A stretch of 64,000 bases of DNA from Nemertoderma westbladi (Eukaryota > Animalia > Xenacoelomorpha). The position numbers and the translations under genes were made by a program. Positions 62,843 to 64,000 of this stretch are shown here, piece by piece (position 1 is the first letter of the stretch; every line of letters begins with the position of its first letter). The DNA is taken from NCBI GenBank assembly GCA_032718475.1, contig JAUCBJ010007517.1, positions 1-64,000 on the forward strand, written 5' to 3'. The notes under the pieces were generated by a model. That model did no database searches. It saw only the letters and a program-made list of their open reading frames with translations, and was not told where the DNA came from.

Positions 62843-64000
62843 CTGCTTGTACTGGGATTTGCGACGGGAACCGACGACAGACCCCTTAGCCAAGCCGTAC
62901 TGGTTCTCGATGATCGTTCCCTTCGGGGTTCGTGAGGGGTGGAACGGACACGCGATGGGGTCGAAAGACAAAGGACTAGACTCGAGTAGACTCTACTGGC
63001 CTACCGACTGTTCGGAGCAGTTTCTCGGCTGCCGAAGCGACTACGAGCCTGAAACGGACTCGGAAAGCCTAGGTGGTTGGGTTTCTGTGATGAACTGGCG
63101 GACCCCTAGCCAAGCCGTTCTGGTTCTTGATGATCGAACCCTTCGGGGTTCGTGAGGGGTGGAACGGACACGCGAACGGGTCCACCGACACGACAGACTC
63201 CTAGCCAAGCCGTACTGGTTCTCGATGACCGAACCACCCTTCGGGGTTCGAGAGGGGTGGTACGGATACGCAACAGAGTCTACCGACTGGACCGACCCTT
63301 AGCCAAGCCGTGCTGGTTCTCGATGATCGTTCCCTTCGGGGTTCGTGAGGGGTGGAACGGACACGCGACAGGGTCGACCGACACCGACACTACGGCACTA
63401 AGACTGGGACCGAGGGAAAATCTGGGGAACATTAGGTAGGCTAAAATTCTGAGCAAACAGTGGGTTATTAAATAATATACTGTAGGGATTTATATTATCG
63501 TGTATAATTATTGTGAATATTTGGTGTATATTGATTTGGGGAAGCCCAAAATTATTCTTAATCAAGTTTCAATGATGTTGAACGGGTTTCAACTATAGGA
63601 AGTTACATTAAAGAGTATATCCAACTAATGCAGCTTTTTATCAACCGCAAACTTGCATCTCAGAAAATATTCCCTCCCCACAATCAATATCCGGTGACTG
63701 GCCGGGGCTCGGTGGTCTGTTAAGTCACGTCTCCAGCATCGGCGTTTTTCCCCCCTGGTGTAGGGATAACGGCAACATGCAGATTCCAAAATGGTTAGTT
63801 AGTATGCGTTCTAACACGGTAGTACGACTTATTCTTTAAGAGGGGATTGACCTTACAGCTCTGGCTGCCCCAACTTACTAACTGGCACTTTATCAGACAA
63901 ACTCTACACACGCAGCAATCTCTTCAGACCTAATAATAGCTAGACAACAATCCAGCCTACAAAATATCTGAGTAATAACTATTACGGTACCTGAACAGAC

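Larger units (their letters stand above)
56383..63777 (+). mobile_element. Bel/Pao family C, 3'-deleted
   Basis: TSD TGCAG (56378-56382 and 63778-63782); 5' LTR 56383-57993; partial 3' LTR 62840-63777 matches 57059-57993. Confidence 0.95.
33340..64000 (-). mobile_element. Bel/Pao family A copy 2, carrying three nested insertions; 5' LTR lies beyond the window
   Basis: Colinear with copy 1; 63778-64000 matches the copy 1 leader at about 20197-20420. Confidence 0.93.

Overview
Repeat-dense eukaryotic (probably invertebrate) DNA with no confidently identifiable host gene. Three Bel/Pao LTR-retrotransposon families dominate. Family A has two minus-strand copies (4717-22617 and 33340 to beyond the window end) and carries a large extra ORF downstream of pol with a DEDD 3'-5' exonuclease-like domain and Cys/His knuckles. 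Family B (47660-55856) is gag-protease only, with apparently identical LTRs. Family C (56383-63777) is on the plus strand and 3'-deleted. B, C and a DNA transposon are nested in the leader of A copy 2. Around them lie non-autonomous DNA elements, LINE and CRE-like fragments, minisatellites and a minimal hammerhead ribozyme. Main observations: (1) none of the three families has a TGG tRNA primer-binding site; each has 9-13 nt next to the 5' LTR complementary to a site inside its own LTR, a Tf1-like self-priming signature; (2) A copy 1 integrated with an inverted R-U5 segment replacing its U3 end, and that segment stops at the putative self-primer; (3) the family C LTR carries six covarying stem-loops with a kink-turn and a UUCG loop; (4) family A carries exonuclease cargo in the env position. 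All alignments and folds were done by eye.
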